NCBI GenBank assembly: GCA_964577395.1
Contig: CAZNYQ010000004.1
Location: forward strand, 1 to 59,450
From: an uncultured Candidatus Saccharibacteria bacterium
Lineage (GTDB): Bacteria > Patescibacteriota > Minisyncoccia > JBAYJV01
Length of the DNA stretch: 59,450 bases
Direction: 5' to 3'
In this document: piece by piece, positions 28,309 through 37,998 of the stretch
Layout: every line of letters begins with the position of its first letter
How positions within the stretch are numbered: the stretch's first letter is position 1
The notes under the pieces: generated by a model
The model's database searches: none
Told to the model about the DNA's origin: nothing
Seen by the model: the letters and a program-made list of their open reading frames with translations, nothing else
Translations under genes and position numbers: made by a program

Positions 28309-29525
28309 CGACGAATATTGTAAATTTCAATATCTGAAACGTATTTTCCTTTCTCCCTAAAAGGCGCGAAACTAATACCTAATTCTTGGGCTTTATGAGC
28401 TAATTGACTAATTATTTTAATTGTTTGTATATAACCAGAAGTTTCATAAAATCCAGCCTCAAGAACAACCACTCCTTCAGCTGCGCAAGTTACAACATCT
28501 TGGTCACCTATCTGACTAATAGGAAAAGTGTATTTAATTCCAGGCACATCTGCCATTACACTTAAAACAACTGTATCTTTTTGATCAAGATTAGCTGTCA
28601 CATTTGAAGGATGAGTATCATCGATAACGATTGTGCCTTTTGAAAGCATTGTTTTCTTTAAGAGAACTTGAGGAGCTGCTGTGGCAACAATCACTATATC
28701 TTTTCCTTGAGATTGCTTAATATCTTGACTAATTCTTATGCCGGGAAACTGTTCTTTAACACTTTCTAATTTTTCTCTATTAATATCAATTACTGTGATA
28801 TTTTGCTCTAAATCACGATACATTAACCAATAGAGAATATTTAATCCCATACTACCAGCTCCACCCACTAAGGCAATTTGATAATCCTCAAGTCTTTCCT
28901 GGGCAATTTCAGCAACTCTCTTAATCATTTCTGAAATTAAATATGGAGTTAGATAATTGCCAGTTAAGAAAGGTCCTTGAACACCTTTTTTTGTTAGACA
29001 CTTAATCATTCTACCTGTTAAGGCTCCTAAAATAATCGGGAAGTCTAATTTTTGCTGTAAGGCTAATAAGATCTTTGTCATTTCTTCCCGTCTAGCCTGT
29101 AAAATTTTCATTTTAGGCCGGTAGGATTGTCTTTTTTCTTTCTCAAGAGGCGGCAGCCAGTAATCTGGCGCAAGAGGCAAGGTTATTACAGGAATACTGT
29201 ACTTTGATCTTACTTGAATTGTGTCTAAAACTAAAGGCCATAATGCTTCCAAGGCTTCTTCTTTAGAATAGGATCCTAATAATGCTTGGTTCTTAAAAAA
29301 AGAACAACGGTTGAAAACGTCCTCTTGATTACGCGGATGAACTATCATAACAGCATCTATGGATCCATCAAATTGATTAATGATTTTATCTGGTTGATTG
29401 TTTTCAGCAGCTTTGATTAATGCAAGATCTTTAAGAGTTTTTTGAACAGAAAGACAATCTTCTGAAGATATCCTTTCGTTTTGTAAAATATTTAACAATA
29501 ACAATTCTAATTCTTGTCTATTCAT
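28299..29525 (-). CDS. NAD(P)-binding oxidoreductase resembling the fatty acyl-ACP reductase (AAR) family
   Basis: MIVHP, LGALT, LTGNYLT, Rossmann IALVGGAGSMG, IDDTHPSNV, VTCAAEG; order matches AAR motifs recalled from memory. Confidence 0.65.
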   Translation of the reverse strand: MNRQELELLLLNILQNERISSEDCLSVQKTLKDLALIKAAENNQPDKIINQFDGSIDAVMIVHPRNQEDVFNRCSFFKNQALLGSYSKEEALEALWPLVLDTIQVRSKYSIPVITLPLAPDYWLPPLEKEKRQSYRPKMKILQARREEMTKILLALQQKLDFPIILGALTGRMIKCLTKKGVQGPFLTGNYLTPYLISEMIKRVAEIAQERLEDYQIALVGGAGSMGLNILYWLMYRDLEQNITVIDINREKLESVKEQFPGIRISQDIKQSQGKDIVIVATAAPQVLLKKTMLSKGTIVIDDTHPSNVTANLDQKDTVVLSVMADVPGIKYTFPISQIGDQDVVTCAAEGVVVLEAGFYETSGYIQTIKIISQLAHKAQELGISFAPFREKGKYVSDIEIYNIRRRG

Positions 29526-29864
29526 TAATTCCCCCTTTAATGAATGATCTTATTTTGAAGAACTGATTTTGAAGTGCTTGTACTTTTTATACCTTATAAT
29601 TTATAAAAAAGCAAAGTATCTTTAAAAATGTAAATAATGGACCTGCATTTTTATATAAAAAATATTATACTAAGATTGTTTGGTTTTTACCTCCTTTGTC
29701 GCATCTTTATCTTAAGAAATAGGTCTTATATAATCTTTCAGGAGTTACAATCTCTCCTTAAAACCTGTCCAAAGACCTATTTAAAAGATTTTTAGTACTC
29801 TTTTTCATTGAAATTTCTTTAAAAAATGCTATTGTTATAATATCATAAGCTTGAGGAGGAAAGC

Positions 29865-30320
29865 ATGGAAGCAACAGTTATTTTAAAAATATCGGCTCTG
29901 TCTGTTTTTATAATCATTGCCATTGATTATTTCAAGCTATGGCAAAGATTTAAAAACTTTCTAGATAAAATAAGGCAAACTGCAATAAAACATGGTATCT
30001 CACCAATAGTTTTTCTTATTATTTGGTTCGCAACAACTATTATCCGATATTTCACAAGTTGGTATGGAGCCCACTTAGCTTTAAAAAACCATAACGGTAT
30101 GAATACCGGATGTGTCATTGGAAATCGCTTAGCTGCCTTTGCTATTCCTGCGTACATTCTATGGGCAACGCGCAAGAAACATTTCCAATGGTGGGTTTAT
30201 GCCATATATATAAGTTTATGGATCTTTGGAGGGGTATTAGAAATTATTGCCCCTAAATGGTTTCTGTATTTCAAGGATGGATTATGGAAGTTGTTCTTAG
30301 ACATTCTAGGAATACATTAA
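29865..30320 (+). CDS. Hypothetical membrane protein
   Basis: 3-4 TM segments, GAGGAGG SD, hairpin terminator at 30319-30351. Confidence 0.7.
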   Translation: MEATVILKISALSVFIIIAIDYFKLWQRFKNFLDKIRQTAIKHGISPIVFLIIWFATTIIRYFTSWYGAHLALKNHNGMNTGCVIGNRLAAFAIPAYILWATRKKHFQWWVYAIYISLWIFGGVLEIIAPKWFLYFKDGLWKLFLDILGIH

Positions 30321-30405
30321 AAAGGTTGGTAAAAAGTTTATCAACCTTTTTTAATATTTGCCTTAATGGAACTTTATGAATAAAATATTACCTAACTAAC
30401 TTTTT

Positions 30406-31278
30406 ATGAAAAAAGATCTAAAATATTTAAATGCTTTTAATCAATCAGATTTTTTAGGTGCCCAAAGTTTTAAAAAAATTAAAAAATATTTTAAGTCTTA
30501 TGAAAAAGCGTGGTTTGCTAATTTAAATGAATTCAAAAAAATTAATTTTTCAGAGAATATTATTTCAGAAATCAAAAAAATTCGCCTTAAGGTAAATCCT
30601 GATAAAGAAATACAAAAAATAATAAAATATCATATCCAAATTCTTACTCCTCAAGATAAATTATATCCTCCTTTGCTTAAAAACATTGCCGTACCTCCCC
30701 AAATTCTTTATACTTTAGGCAATCAAAGTATTTTATCGCAACCTTGCTTAGCTGTGGTGGGAAGCCGTCATCATTCAATCTATGGGAAAAAAGTAGTTGA
30801 AAAAATTATTCCTGCATTAGTTGAGAAAAGAATAGCAATTGTTGCTGGACTAGCCCTAGGAATCGACAGTTTAGGACACCAGGCAACTCTACGAAAAAAT
30901 GGCAAAACAATTGCTGTTTTGGGATCAGGCTTAGCACGAATCTATCCAACTTCAAATCGTTTCTTAGCTAAGCAAATTCTTGAAAAAGATGGTTTATTAA
31001 TTTCAGAATTTCCTTTAACAAGCTCACCTTTAAAAAAACATTTTCCTATGAGAAATAGAATTATTAGTGGGTTATCCTTAGGAACAGTTGTTATAGAAGC
31101 AGCCGAAAGAAGTGGTAGTTTAATTACGGCTAACTTTGCTCTTGAACAAGGAAGAGATGTTTTTGCTGTTCCAGGAAACATTTTTTCACAATATTCGCAA
31201 GGAGCAAATATGCTTATTCAACAAGGGGCTAAATTAGTCAGCCAACCAAAGGATATTTTAGAAGAACTTGATATTTAA
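30406..31278 (+). CDS. dprA: DNA-processing protein DprA
   Basis: AVVGSR, GLALGID, VLGSG, FPMRNRIISGL, SGSLITA. Confidence 0.96.
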   Translation: MKKDLKYLNAFNQSDFLGAQSFKKIKKYFKSYEKAWFANLNEFKKINFSENIISEIKKIRLKVNPDKEIQKIIKYHIQILTPQDKLYPPLLKNIAVPPQILYTLGNQSILSQPCLAVVGSRHHSIYGKKVVEKIIPALVEKRIAIVAGLALGIDSLGHQATLRKNGKTIAVLGSGLARIYPTSNRFLAKQILEKDGLLISEFPLTSSPLKKHFPMRNRIISGLSLGTVVIEAAERSGSLITANFALEQGRDVFAVPGNIFSQYSQGANMLIQQGAKLVSQPKDILEELDI

Positions 31279-31327
31279 AGAATAAAAGTGTATAAACTAA
31301 ACAAAGTTAATTCTTAATATATATATT

Positions 31328-33541
31328 ATGAAATTAGTTATCGTAGAATCACCTACTAAGGCTAAAACTATTAAAAGATTCTTAGGTAAAAATTACAAAG
31401 TAATGTCTTCCTATGGACATATTAGAGATTTGCCTAAAAATGATTTAGGTATAGATGAAAAAAAGTTTAAACTTTCCTATGCTATTCCGCCTAAAGCCTT
31501 AAAAACAGTTAATAATCTTCAAAAAGAAGCCCGAAAAGCAGATGAGATTATTCTAGCTACTGATGAAGATCGAGAAGGAGAAGCTATTGCATGGCATATT
31601 AAAAAAGCATTGAAATTAAAAAAAGGGACAGATATACAAAGAATTGTCTTTCATGAAATTACTAAAAAAGCTATCTTAGATGCCTTAAAAAATTCTCGTA
31701 AGATTAATATGCAATTAGTAGATGCGCAACAAGCAAGACGTGTTTTAGATAGATTGGTGGGATATAAGCTATCTCCTTTATTATGGAGTAAAATTGCTTG
31801 GGGATTATCTGCTGGAAGGGTTCAATCAGTAGCTGTTAAACTAATTTGCGAAAGGGAAAAAGAAATTAAAAATTTTAAACCAGTTGAGTATTGGAAAATT
31901 TTTACTACGCTTTTAAACTCTCAAAAGGAATCCTTTGAGGCTGATTTAACAAAAAAGAAGAGCAAAAAAATAGAAAAACTAACTATTAAAGAAGAAAAAG
32001 AAGCTTTGCAAATTAAGAGAGATTTAGAAAAAGCAACTTATATTATTAAGAACTTACAAAAAAAACAAATTCTTAAAAATCCTTATCCTCCCTATACTAC
32101 TAGCTCACTTCAACAAGACGCTGCTAATCGCTTATATTTTTCAACTAAGAAAACTATGTTTTTAGCACAACGTCTTTATGAGGGCGCTAAACTAGACAAG
32201 AAAAAGAGTGTTGGTCTCATTACGTATATGCGTACAGATTCATTAAACTTGTCTAATAATTTTCTTAATCAAGCCCAGAAGTATTTAAAAGAAAAGTTAC
32301 AAGAAAAAAATATTACTGGTCCAAGACGCTTTAAAACTAAATCTAAGGGAGCTCAAGAAGCTCACGAAGCTATCCGTCCTACCGATGTTTTACAAACTCC
32401 TCAAGCTATAAAAAAACATCTTGATAAAGATATGTTTCGGCTCTATGAACTGATTTGGCAAAGAGCTGTTGCCAGTCAAATGAATCCTGCTGTTTTTGAA
32501 TCTACTAAAGCAGTTATTAAAACAAAAGATAATCAATATGAACTAACAGCTCAAGGAAAGATTAAAAAAAGCCCTGGTTTCACTAAAATTTACCCCTTAA
32601 AAGATCAAGACAACCTCTTGCCTGAATTAAAAGAAAACGAAGATTTGGAATTAAAAAAAGTTACCGCTGATCAAAAATTTACCAATCCCCCAGCCCGTTA
32701 TACAGAAGCTAAGTTAGTTAAAACTTTAGAGAAATATGGTATCGGGAGACCTTCAACCTATGCTCCCATTATCTCAACAATTCAAAAAAGGAAATATGTT
32801 GAGAAAAATGATGATAAAAAATTTGTTCCAACTGAAATAGGAAGTTTAATTAATGATTTCTTGCAAAAGCATTTTTCTCAAATTGTGGATTATGATTTTA
32901 CCGCTAATATGGAGGAAGATCTCGATAAAATTGCTTTAGGTAAAAAAGAATGGCAACCAATTATTAAAGATTTTTACACGCCTTTTTCTAAAAAAATTCA
33001 ACTAAAAAAAGAAAAAGTTAAGAATAAAGAAGAAAAACGCAAAAAATTAAAACGTAAATGTCCTTTATGTGGCCATCCATTAGTAGAAAAATTCTCTCGC
33101 TATGGTCGTTTTATTGCTTGCTCGAATTATCCAGATTGTAAATACACCGAAAATCTTAATGGCAAGAATAAGAAAGATAATAAACCAAAGTACAGTGATA
33201 AGAAATGTCCTTTATGCGGTGGCAGACTTGTCTATCGCCATGGTAAGTACGGTCAATTTCTAGGTTGCGAAAACTATCCTAAATGCCGCTATATTGAAAA
33301 TTCTCAAGCTAAAACTGGCATTTCTTGCCCTAAATGTTCTAAGGGTGAGCTTGTTCAAAAAAGAACTAAAAAAGGTAGAATTTTTTATGCTTGCGATCAA
33401 TACCCCGAATGTAAATTTGCCATATGGGGCAAACCTATTAAAGAAAAATGCCCTAAGTGTGGTTCTCTACTTATGAAAACTGGCAAAGATGGAAAAGTCA
33501 TTAAATGCTCTAATAAACTCTGTGATTATAAAAAGAAATAA
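31328..33541 (+). CDS. topA: DNA topoisomerase I
   Basis: VESPTK, ATDEDREGE, SAGRVQS, TYMRTDS, GIGRPSTY, four C-terminal zinc ribbons. Confidence 0.97.
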   Translation: MKLVIVESPTKAKTIKRFLGKNYKVMSSYGHIRDLPKNDLGIDEKKFKLSYAIPPKALKTVNNLQKEARKADEIILATDEDREGEAIAWHIKKALKLKKGTDIQRIVFHEITKKAILDALKNSRKINMQLVDAQQARRVLDRLVGYKLSPLLWSKIAWGLSAGRVQSVAVKLICEREKEIKNFKPVEYWKIFTTLLNSQKESFEADLTKKKSKKIEKLTIKEEKEALQIKRDLEKATYIIKNLQKKQILKNPYPPYTTSSLQQDAANRLYFSTKKTMFLAQRLYEGAKLDKKKSVGLITYMRTDSLNLSNNFLNQAQKYLKEKLQEKNITGPRRFKTKSKGAQEAHEAIRPTDVLQTPQAIKKHLDKDMFRLYELIWQRAVASQMNPAVFESTKAVIKTKDNQYELTAQGKIKKSPGFTKIYPLKDQDNLLPELKENEDLELKKVTADQKFTNPPARYTEAKLVKTLEKYGIGRPSTYAPIISTIQKRKYVEKNDDKKFVPTEIGSLINDFLQKHFSQIVDYDFTANMEEDLDKIALGKKEWQPIIKDFYTPFSKKIQLKKEKVKNKEEKRKKLKRKCPLCGHPLVEKFSRYGRFIACSNYPDCKYTENLNGKNKKDNKPKYSDKKCPLCGGRLVYRHGKYGQFLGCENYPKCRYIENSQAKTGISCPKCSKGELVQKRTKKGRIFYACDQYPECKFAIWGKPIKEKCPKCGSLLMKTGKDGKVIKCSNKLCDYKKK

Positions 33542-33667
33542 TTTTAATTGAAATTATAAAATATTTTAAACTGCATCCTATTTTAAATATTATTTGCTCC
33601 TTTATGTTTTTTTGATAAAATATGAATAAAGAGAGCATTTTAATTTTAAATATTTTAAAAACATATT

Positions 33668-34582
33668 ATGAAAACAATTTCTCATCAAAATACAACCTGG
33701 CTCCAGGTTCAAAAACCAAAAGAAAAAGATTTAAAAAAATTAAAAGAAAAATTTGGGTTTCATTCAATTACTCTGCAAGAGCTTAAAAAACCTTCTGTGC
33801 GCGCTAAAGTTGAAAGATACAAAGACTATATCTTTATGGTTGTTCATTTTCCTATCTACAATAAAAAAGAAAAAACTGTTGTGCGTGGTGAAATTGATTT
33901 TTTAATTAACAAAAACACTTTAGCTTTAACAATTATTCATTATAGGAAAATTCAGGCCCTAGAAGAAGTTCTAGAACATTTTAAGCAAGATGAACAATTA
34001 AAGAAAAAATATTTTAAAGATCCTGTTAAATTACTTTACTATATCTTAAGTGCTAATTATAAGTTTTCTTTAAGGCAATTAGAGCATGTTAGAAAAAACA
34101 TTGATCAAGTAGAAGGAGATATTTATAAAAATAAAGAGAAGGAAATGTTAAAAGAAATTGCCTATCTTCTAAGAAATATTACAAATTTCAAAAGAATTAT
34201 GAAGTTTCATGAAAATATTTTAAATTCTTTAAGGAAAGAAATTATTAAATTATTTGGAAGAAAGTACAACCCCTATTTAGCAAATTTAGAAGGACAATTT
34301 CGTAATGTTGATAATGTCTTGGAAAATCATGTTGAAACGATTAAAATCCTCTATGACACTAACCAAAGCCTCTTTACGGCTAAAACCAATGAGGCTATCA
34401 AAGTTTTAACCGTCATCGCTGTTTTTACCTTTCCTCTAACATTGTTAGCAACAATCTTTGCTTGGGATACCCGTGTTTTGCCTATCGTTGGCATGCCCCA
34501 TGATTTTTGGATTCTGGTAACTAGTTTTGTAGTCATTGCTCTTTCTATGTATGCTATTTTTAAACATATGAAGTGGATTTAA
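33668..34582 (+). CDS. CorA-family divalent cation transporter, non-canonical signature
   Basis: Soluble N-terminal funnel domain, TNEAIKVLTV, two C-terminal TM helices; the GMN position reads AWD. Confidence 0.85.
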   Translation: MKTISHQNTTWLQVQKPKEKDLKKLKEKFGFHSITLQELKKPSVRAKVERYKDYIFMVVHFPIYNKKEKTVVRGEIDFLINKNTLALTIIHYRKIQALEEVLEHFKQDEQLKKKYFKDPVKLLYYILSANYKFSLRQLEHVRKNIDQVEGDIYKNKEKEMLKEIAYLLRNITNFKRIMKFHENILNSLRKEIIKLFGRKYNPYLANLEGQFRNVDNVLENHVETIKILYDTNQSLFTAKTNEAIKVLTVIAVFTFPLTLLATIFAWDTRVLPIVGMPHDFWILVTSFVVIALSMYAIFKHMKWI

Positions 34583-34586
34583 ATAA

Positions 34587-36038
34587 ATGAAACTATTTAA
34601 TACTTTTTCTCGTAAAAAAGAAAAGTTTGTTCCTTTGGAAAACAAACTTGTTAAAATGTATACTTGTGGGCCTACTGTCTATGATTACGCTCATATCGGT
34701 AATTTCAGAAGTTATCTAGCGGCTGATTTTTTAAGAAGAACTTTAGAATATTTAGGTTATACTGTTCAACAAGTTAAAAATATTACAGATGTTGGTCATT
34801 TAACACAAGATGACATTGATGAGGGAGAAGATAAAATTCAAAAAGCAGCTCAAAAAGGCCATAAAACGCCTCAAGCAATTGCTCGCTTTTACGAAAAAGC
34901 TTTTAGGGAAGATGAAGCTAAATTAAATATTAAAAAAGCAGCTGTTTATCCTCGCGCTACTGAAAATGTGCCTGATATGATTCGCGCTGTTCAAAAACTG
35001 CTTCAAAAAGGTTTTGCTTATCAATCAGAGGGAGCAGTTTTTTTTGATGTTAAAAAATTTAAAGATTACGGTAAATTATCTGGCAATACTTTAGATAAAT
35101 TAGACACTGGTCATCGTGTTAAATGCGAAAGATTTAAAAAAAATCCTTATGATTTTTACTTATGGCGCCCTGCCGATAAAGACCATTTAATGAAATGGTT
35201 ATCTCCTTGGGGAGAAGGTTATCCCGGCTGGCATATTGAGTGTAGCGTTATGAGTCGTAAATATTTAGAAACTGATACCCTAGATATTCATTCAGGCGGA
35301 GAGGATAATATTTTTCCTCATCATGAGAATGAAATTGCTCAGTCAGAAGCTTTAACTGGCCAAAAGTTTGTTAATTATTGGTTCCACTCAGGATATCTTT
35401 TAGTTGAAGGAGAAAAAATGGCTAAATCAAAAGGCAATTTCTATACCTTACGGGATTTAGAGAAAAAGGGGTACGATCCTTTAGCTTTTCGGATGCTGGC
35501 TTTTACCTCTCATTATCGTTCTCCGATGGATTTTTCTTTCAAGGCTCTTCATCAAGCAAGCGAAAATATGCGAACAATTAAGAATTTTATCTGGCGCTTA
35601 CAAGAGAAAAACATATCTTCAACAGAAGTTACCCAGAAGCCATCTTTCGAGAATGAAGAGCTAATAAAAATTAAGGAAAATTTCCAAAAAGCTTTTCAGC
35701 GAGCTTTAGGAGATGATTTAAATACACCTCAAGCTTTTTCTCTCTTAATGGATTTTATTAAAACAATAAATACTTATCTTGATAATGAACAAATTAGCCA
35801 ACAGTTTGTTCAAGATATTTTAAATTTAATGAAAAAATTGGATGATATGATTTTTGCTTGTCATTTAAGCCAGCAAGAAATTATTCCTAAAGAAATTCAA
35901 GAAATGGCTCAAAAACGTCAATTATTAAAAAAAACCGGTGATTATGATAAAGCAGATAATTTAAGAGAAGAAATTGAAAAACGGGGATATAAAATCCATG
36001 ATAATGGAAAACAATATTTCATTCGTAAAAATATTTAA
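34587..36038 (+). CDS. cysS: Cysteinyl-tRNA synthetase
   Basis: CGPTVY, HIGN, PGWHIECS, HHENEIAQ, KMAKS. Confidence 0.97.
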   Translation: MKLFNTFSRKKEKFVPLENKLVKMYTCGPTVYDYAHIGNFRSYLAADFLRRTLEYLGYTVQQVKNITDVGHLTQDDIDEGEDKIQKAAQKGHKTPQAIARFYEKAFREDEAKLNIKKAAVYPRATENVPDMIRAVQKLLQKGFAYQSEGAVFFDVKKFKDYGKLSGNTLDKLDTGHRVKCERFKKNPYDFYLWRPADKDHLMKWLSPWGEGYPGWHIECSVMSRKYLETDTLDIHSGGEDNIFPHHENEIAQSEALTGQKFVNYWFHSGYLLVEGEKMAKSKGNFYTLRDLEKKGYDPLAFRMLAFTSHYRSPMDFSFKALHQASENMRTIKNFIWRLQEKNISSTEVTQKPSFENEELIKIKENFQKAFQRALGDDLNTPQAFSLLMDFIKTINTYLDNEQISQQFVQDILNLMKKLDDMIFACHLSQQEIIPKEIQEMAQKRQLLKKTGDYDKADNLREEIEKRGYKIHDNGKQYFIRKNI

Positions 36039-36040
36039 AT

Positions 36041-36901
36041 ATGAAAATTGGTATTGATATTGGAGGAACTACCACAACAATTATTCTCTTGAAGGGTCAG
36101 CAAGTCGTCGATAAAATTAAAGAAAAATCCCCTCAGGGTAATTGGGAAGAATATCTTATTAGTTTAATTAAAAAAATTAAACAAAATAATTCTGTCACAA
36201 GTATTGGTATGGCTATTCCCGGAGCTTTAAATGAAAATAAAGATACTCTAGAGGCAACACCTAATACTAAAGGTATTGTAGGAATTAATTTTAAAAAACT
36301 TTTAAATGAAGAATTTGGTAGCAAAGTATTGTTAGAAAATGATGCTAATTGCTTTACTTTAGCTGAAGCTAAACAAGGTGCTGGTCAAGGTTATAAAAAC
36401 ATCCTAGGCTTAACACTAGGAACAGGCTTAGGAAGCGGCTTAATTTTAAATAACAAGCTGTTTCACGGAAGTTTTGGAACAGCCCCAGAAGCAGGCCATA
36501 TGATTGTTAAGGCGGGCGGTGCTAAGTGTGGTTGCGGATCACGGGGTTGTTTTGAACAATATGCATCAAGCCGCTTTTTCCTTAATCAATTTTCTCAAAA
36601 TCCTATTACTGCTTTTAAGAAAGCAAGAGAAAAAGATCCTCAAGCTTTAAAAGCCTGGCAATATTTCGGTTATTGGTTGGGTTTGGGAATTGGTAACTTA
36701 GTTAACATTATTGAACCTGAAATAGTTATTTTAGGAGGAGAAATGACACATGCTTGGGATTTCTTTATTCAAGAAACTCAAAAAGCCGCTCAAGAACATA
36801 TTTATTCACCTTTAGCGAAGAAAGGAGTTAAAATTATTCGTTCTCAAGTAGGCTACCTAGCTGGTGCTATTGGCGCTGCCCTCTTAAGTGAAGAAAGTTA
36901 A
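36041..36901 (+). CDS. ROK family protein (sugar kinase-like)
   Basis: DIGGT, ENDAN, GTGLG, EAGH, CGCGSRGCFE. Confidence 0.93.
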   Translation: MKIGIDIGGTTTTIILLKGQQVVDKIKEKSPQGNWEEYLISLIKKIKQNNSVTSIGMAIPGALNENKDTLEATPNTKGIVGINFKKLLNEEFGSKVLLENDANCFTLAEAKQGAGQGYKNILGLTLGTGLGSGLILNNKLFHGSFGTAPEAGHMIVKAGGAKCGCGSRGCFEQYASSRFFLNQFSQNPITAFKKAREKDPQALKAWQYFGYWLGLGIGNLVNIIEPEIVILGGEMTHAWDFFIQETQKAAQEHIYSPLAKKGVKIIRSQVGYLAGAIGAALLSEES

Positions 36902-36955
36902 ATATTTTTAAAACAAAAAAGATATTTCAAAAATATCTTTTTTTGATTATCTTTG

Positions 36956-37672
36956 TTAATTCTCTAATTGTTTGCCTATAAGAATTTTGAATGTCTCAAA
37001 ATCATGAGCCCCTATTAAAGGTTCTTGATTAATAAGAAAAGCAGGTGTGCCAAAATTATCTATTTTAACTTCTTGAATTGATTGGTTGATTTCTTCAAAA
37101 TCTTTAACAATTGTTTCGGCAAATTTTTCACTTTCAAGACATTCATTAAAAATCTCTGTATCAGCTTCTAATTCTTTTGCATATCCTTTAAGATGTTCTA
37201 GTTGAATTTTAGTAGCATTTTCAAAAATCTTCATGTAATAATCATAATAATCTAGGCCTTGATCATAAAAACATAAAGCTGCTTCAGCTACCTTTTTAGC
37301 TTCCGGATGATAAGGGAGAGGAAAATCTCTGAAAACAATTTTCGCTTTTCCTTTATCAACATATTTTTCTTTCAGCTGGGGCATAACTTGAAGAGCAAAA
37401 TCTTTACAAAAAGGACATTGATAATCATTAATAGCAATAATTGTTACAGGTGCGTCTTTGTCTCCTATAAAAGGATAATTATCATCCTCAAGTTCAAAAT
37501 TTTGAATATCTTTTTCTTGAGGAGGCAAAGGCAAGCTATTGATTAAATTAGCTTCTTCTTTTTCGGCTTGATAATTGCCAAGATATAAGACACCCAATCC
37601 TAAAAGAACACCCAAGACAATTAGCATGACAGCTATAATATATTTATTTTTTTCTTTCATGTTATTTTTCAT
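36956..37672 (-). CDS. DsbA-like thioredoxin-fold protein
   Basis: N-terminal TM, DYQCPFC, FRDFPL, GTPAF. Confidence 0.9.
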   Translation of the reverse strand: MKNNMKEKNKYIIAVMLIVLGVLLGLGVLYLGNYQAEKEEANLINSLPLPPQEKDIQNFELEDDNYPFIGDKDAPVTIIAINDYQCPFCKDFALQVMPQLKEKYVDKGKAKIVFRDFPLPYHPEAKKVAEAALCFYDQGLDYYDYYMKIFENATKIQLEHLKGYAKELEADTEIFNECLESEKFAETIVKDFEEINQSIQEVKIDNFGTPAFLINQEPLIGAHDFETFKILIGKQLEN

Positions 37673-37714
37673 TTTATCAAAAATTTATTAAAAGGCAAAA
37701 ATGCTTAAAAGGGG

Positions 37715-37742
37715 TTGACAAGAAATCTTTTTGCCCTATAAT
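37715..37742 (+). promoter_or_regulatory. Consensus sigma70 promoter
   Basis: TTGACA (37715-20), 16-nt spacer, TATAAT (37737-42). Confidence 0.72.
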
Positions 37743-37748
37743 GTAAAG

Positions 37749-37900
37749 TACACTTCTTACCAGCTTTTTTATCTAGATGGATCTTCTCGTACCTTCCATC
37801 ACGGATAAGAGAGGAGAGACTGTTCTTATCTCCACTAGATTTGGACTTCCTCCTCACAAGAAGCGTCCAGGGGAGCTACTTAGGTAGTTCCCCGTTTTCT
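37749..37900 (+). ncRNA. Candidate small RNA: three-way junction with complementary loops, then a hairpin and terminator
   Basis: P1 37771-76/37835-40, P2 37777-81/37795-99, P3 37804-10/37824-30, P4 37843-49/37860-68, terminator 37870-37900; no same-strand gene follows. Confidence 0.6.
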
Positions 37901-37958
37901 TATTTACAAAAAACGGCTTAAAACCGTTTTTTAAATTTATATATATATTTACAACAAT

Positions 37959-37987
37959 AAAAAAGGCTTGTCTCTAGACAAGCCTTT
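37959..37987 (-). terminator. Terminator of the 37999..38589 gene
   Basis: AAAGGCTTGTCT/AGACAAGCCTTT with a T tract on the minus strand. Confidence 0.7.
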
Positions 37988-37998
37988 ATCTAGTAATG

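Noticed and set aside
31309-31336. dif-like 28-mer (AATTCTTAATA TATATA TTATGAAATTA) over the topA start
   Set aside because: Only 7 of 11 matches in each arm to the Firmicutes dif as I recall it, overlaps a start codon, and is almost all A/T
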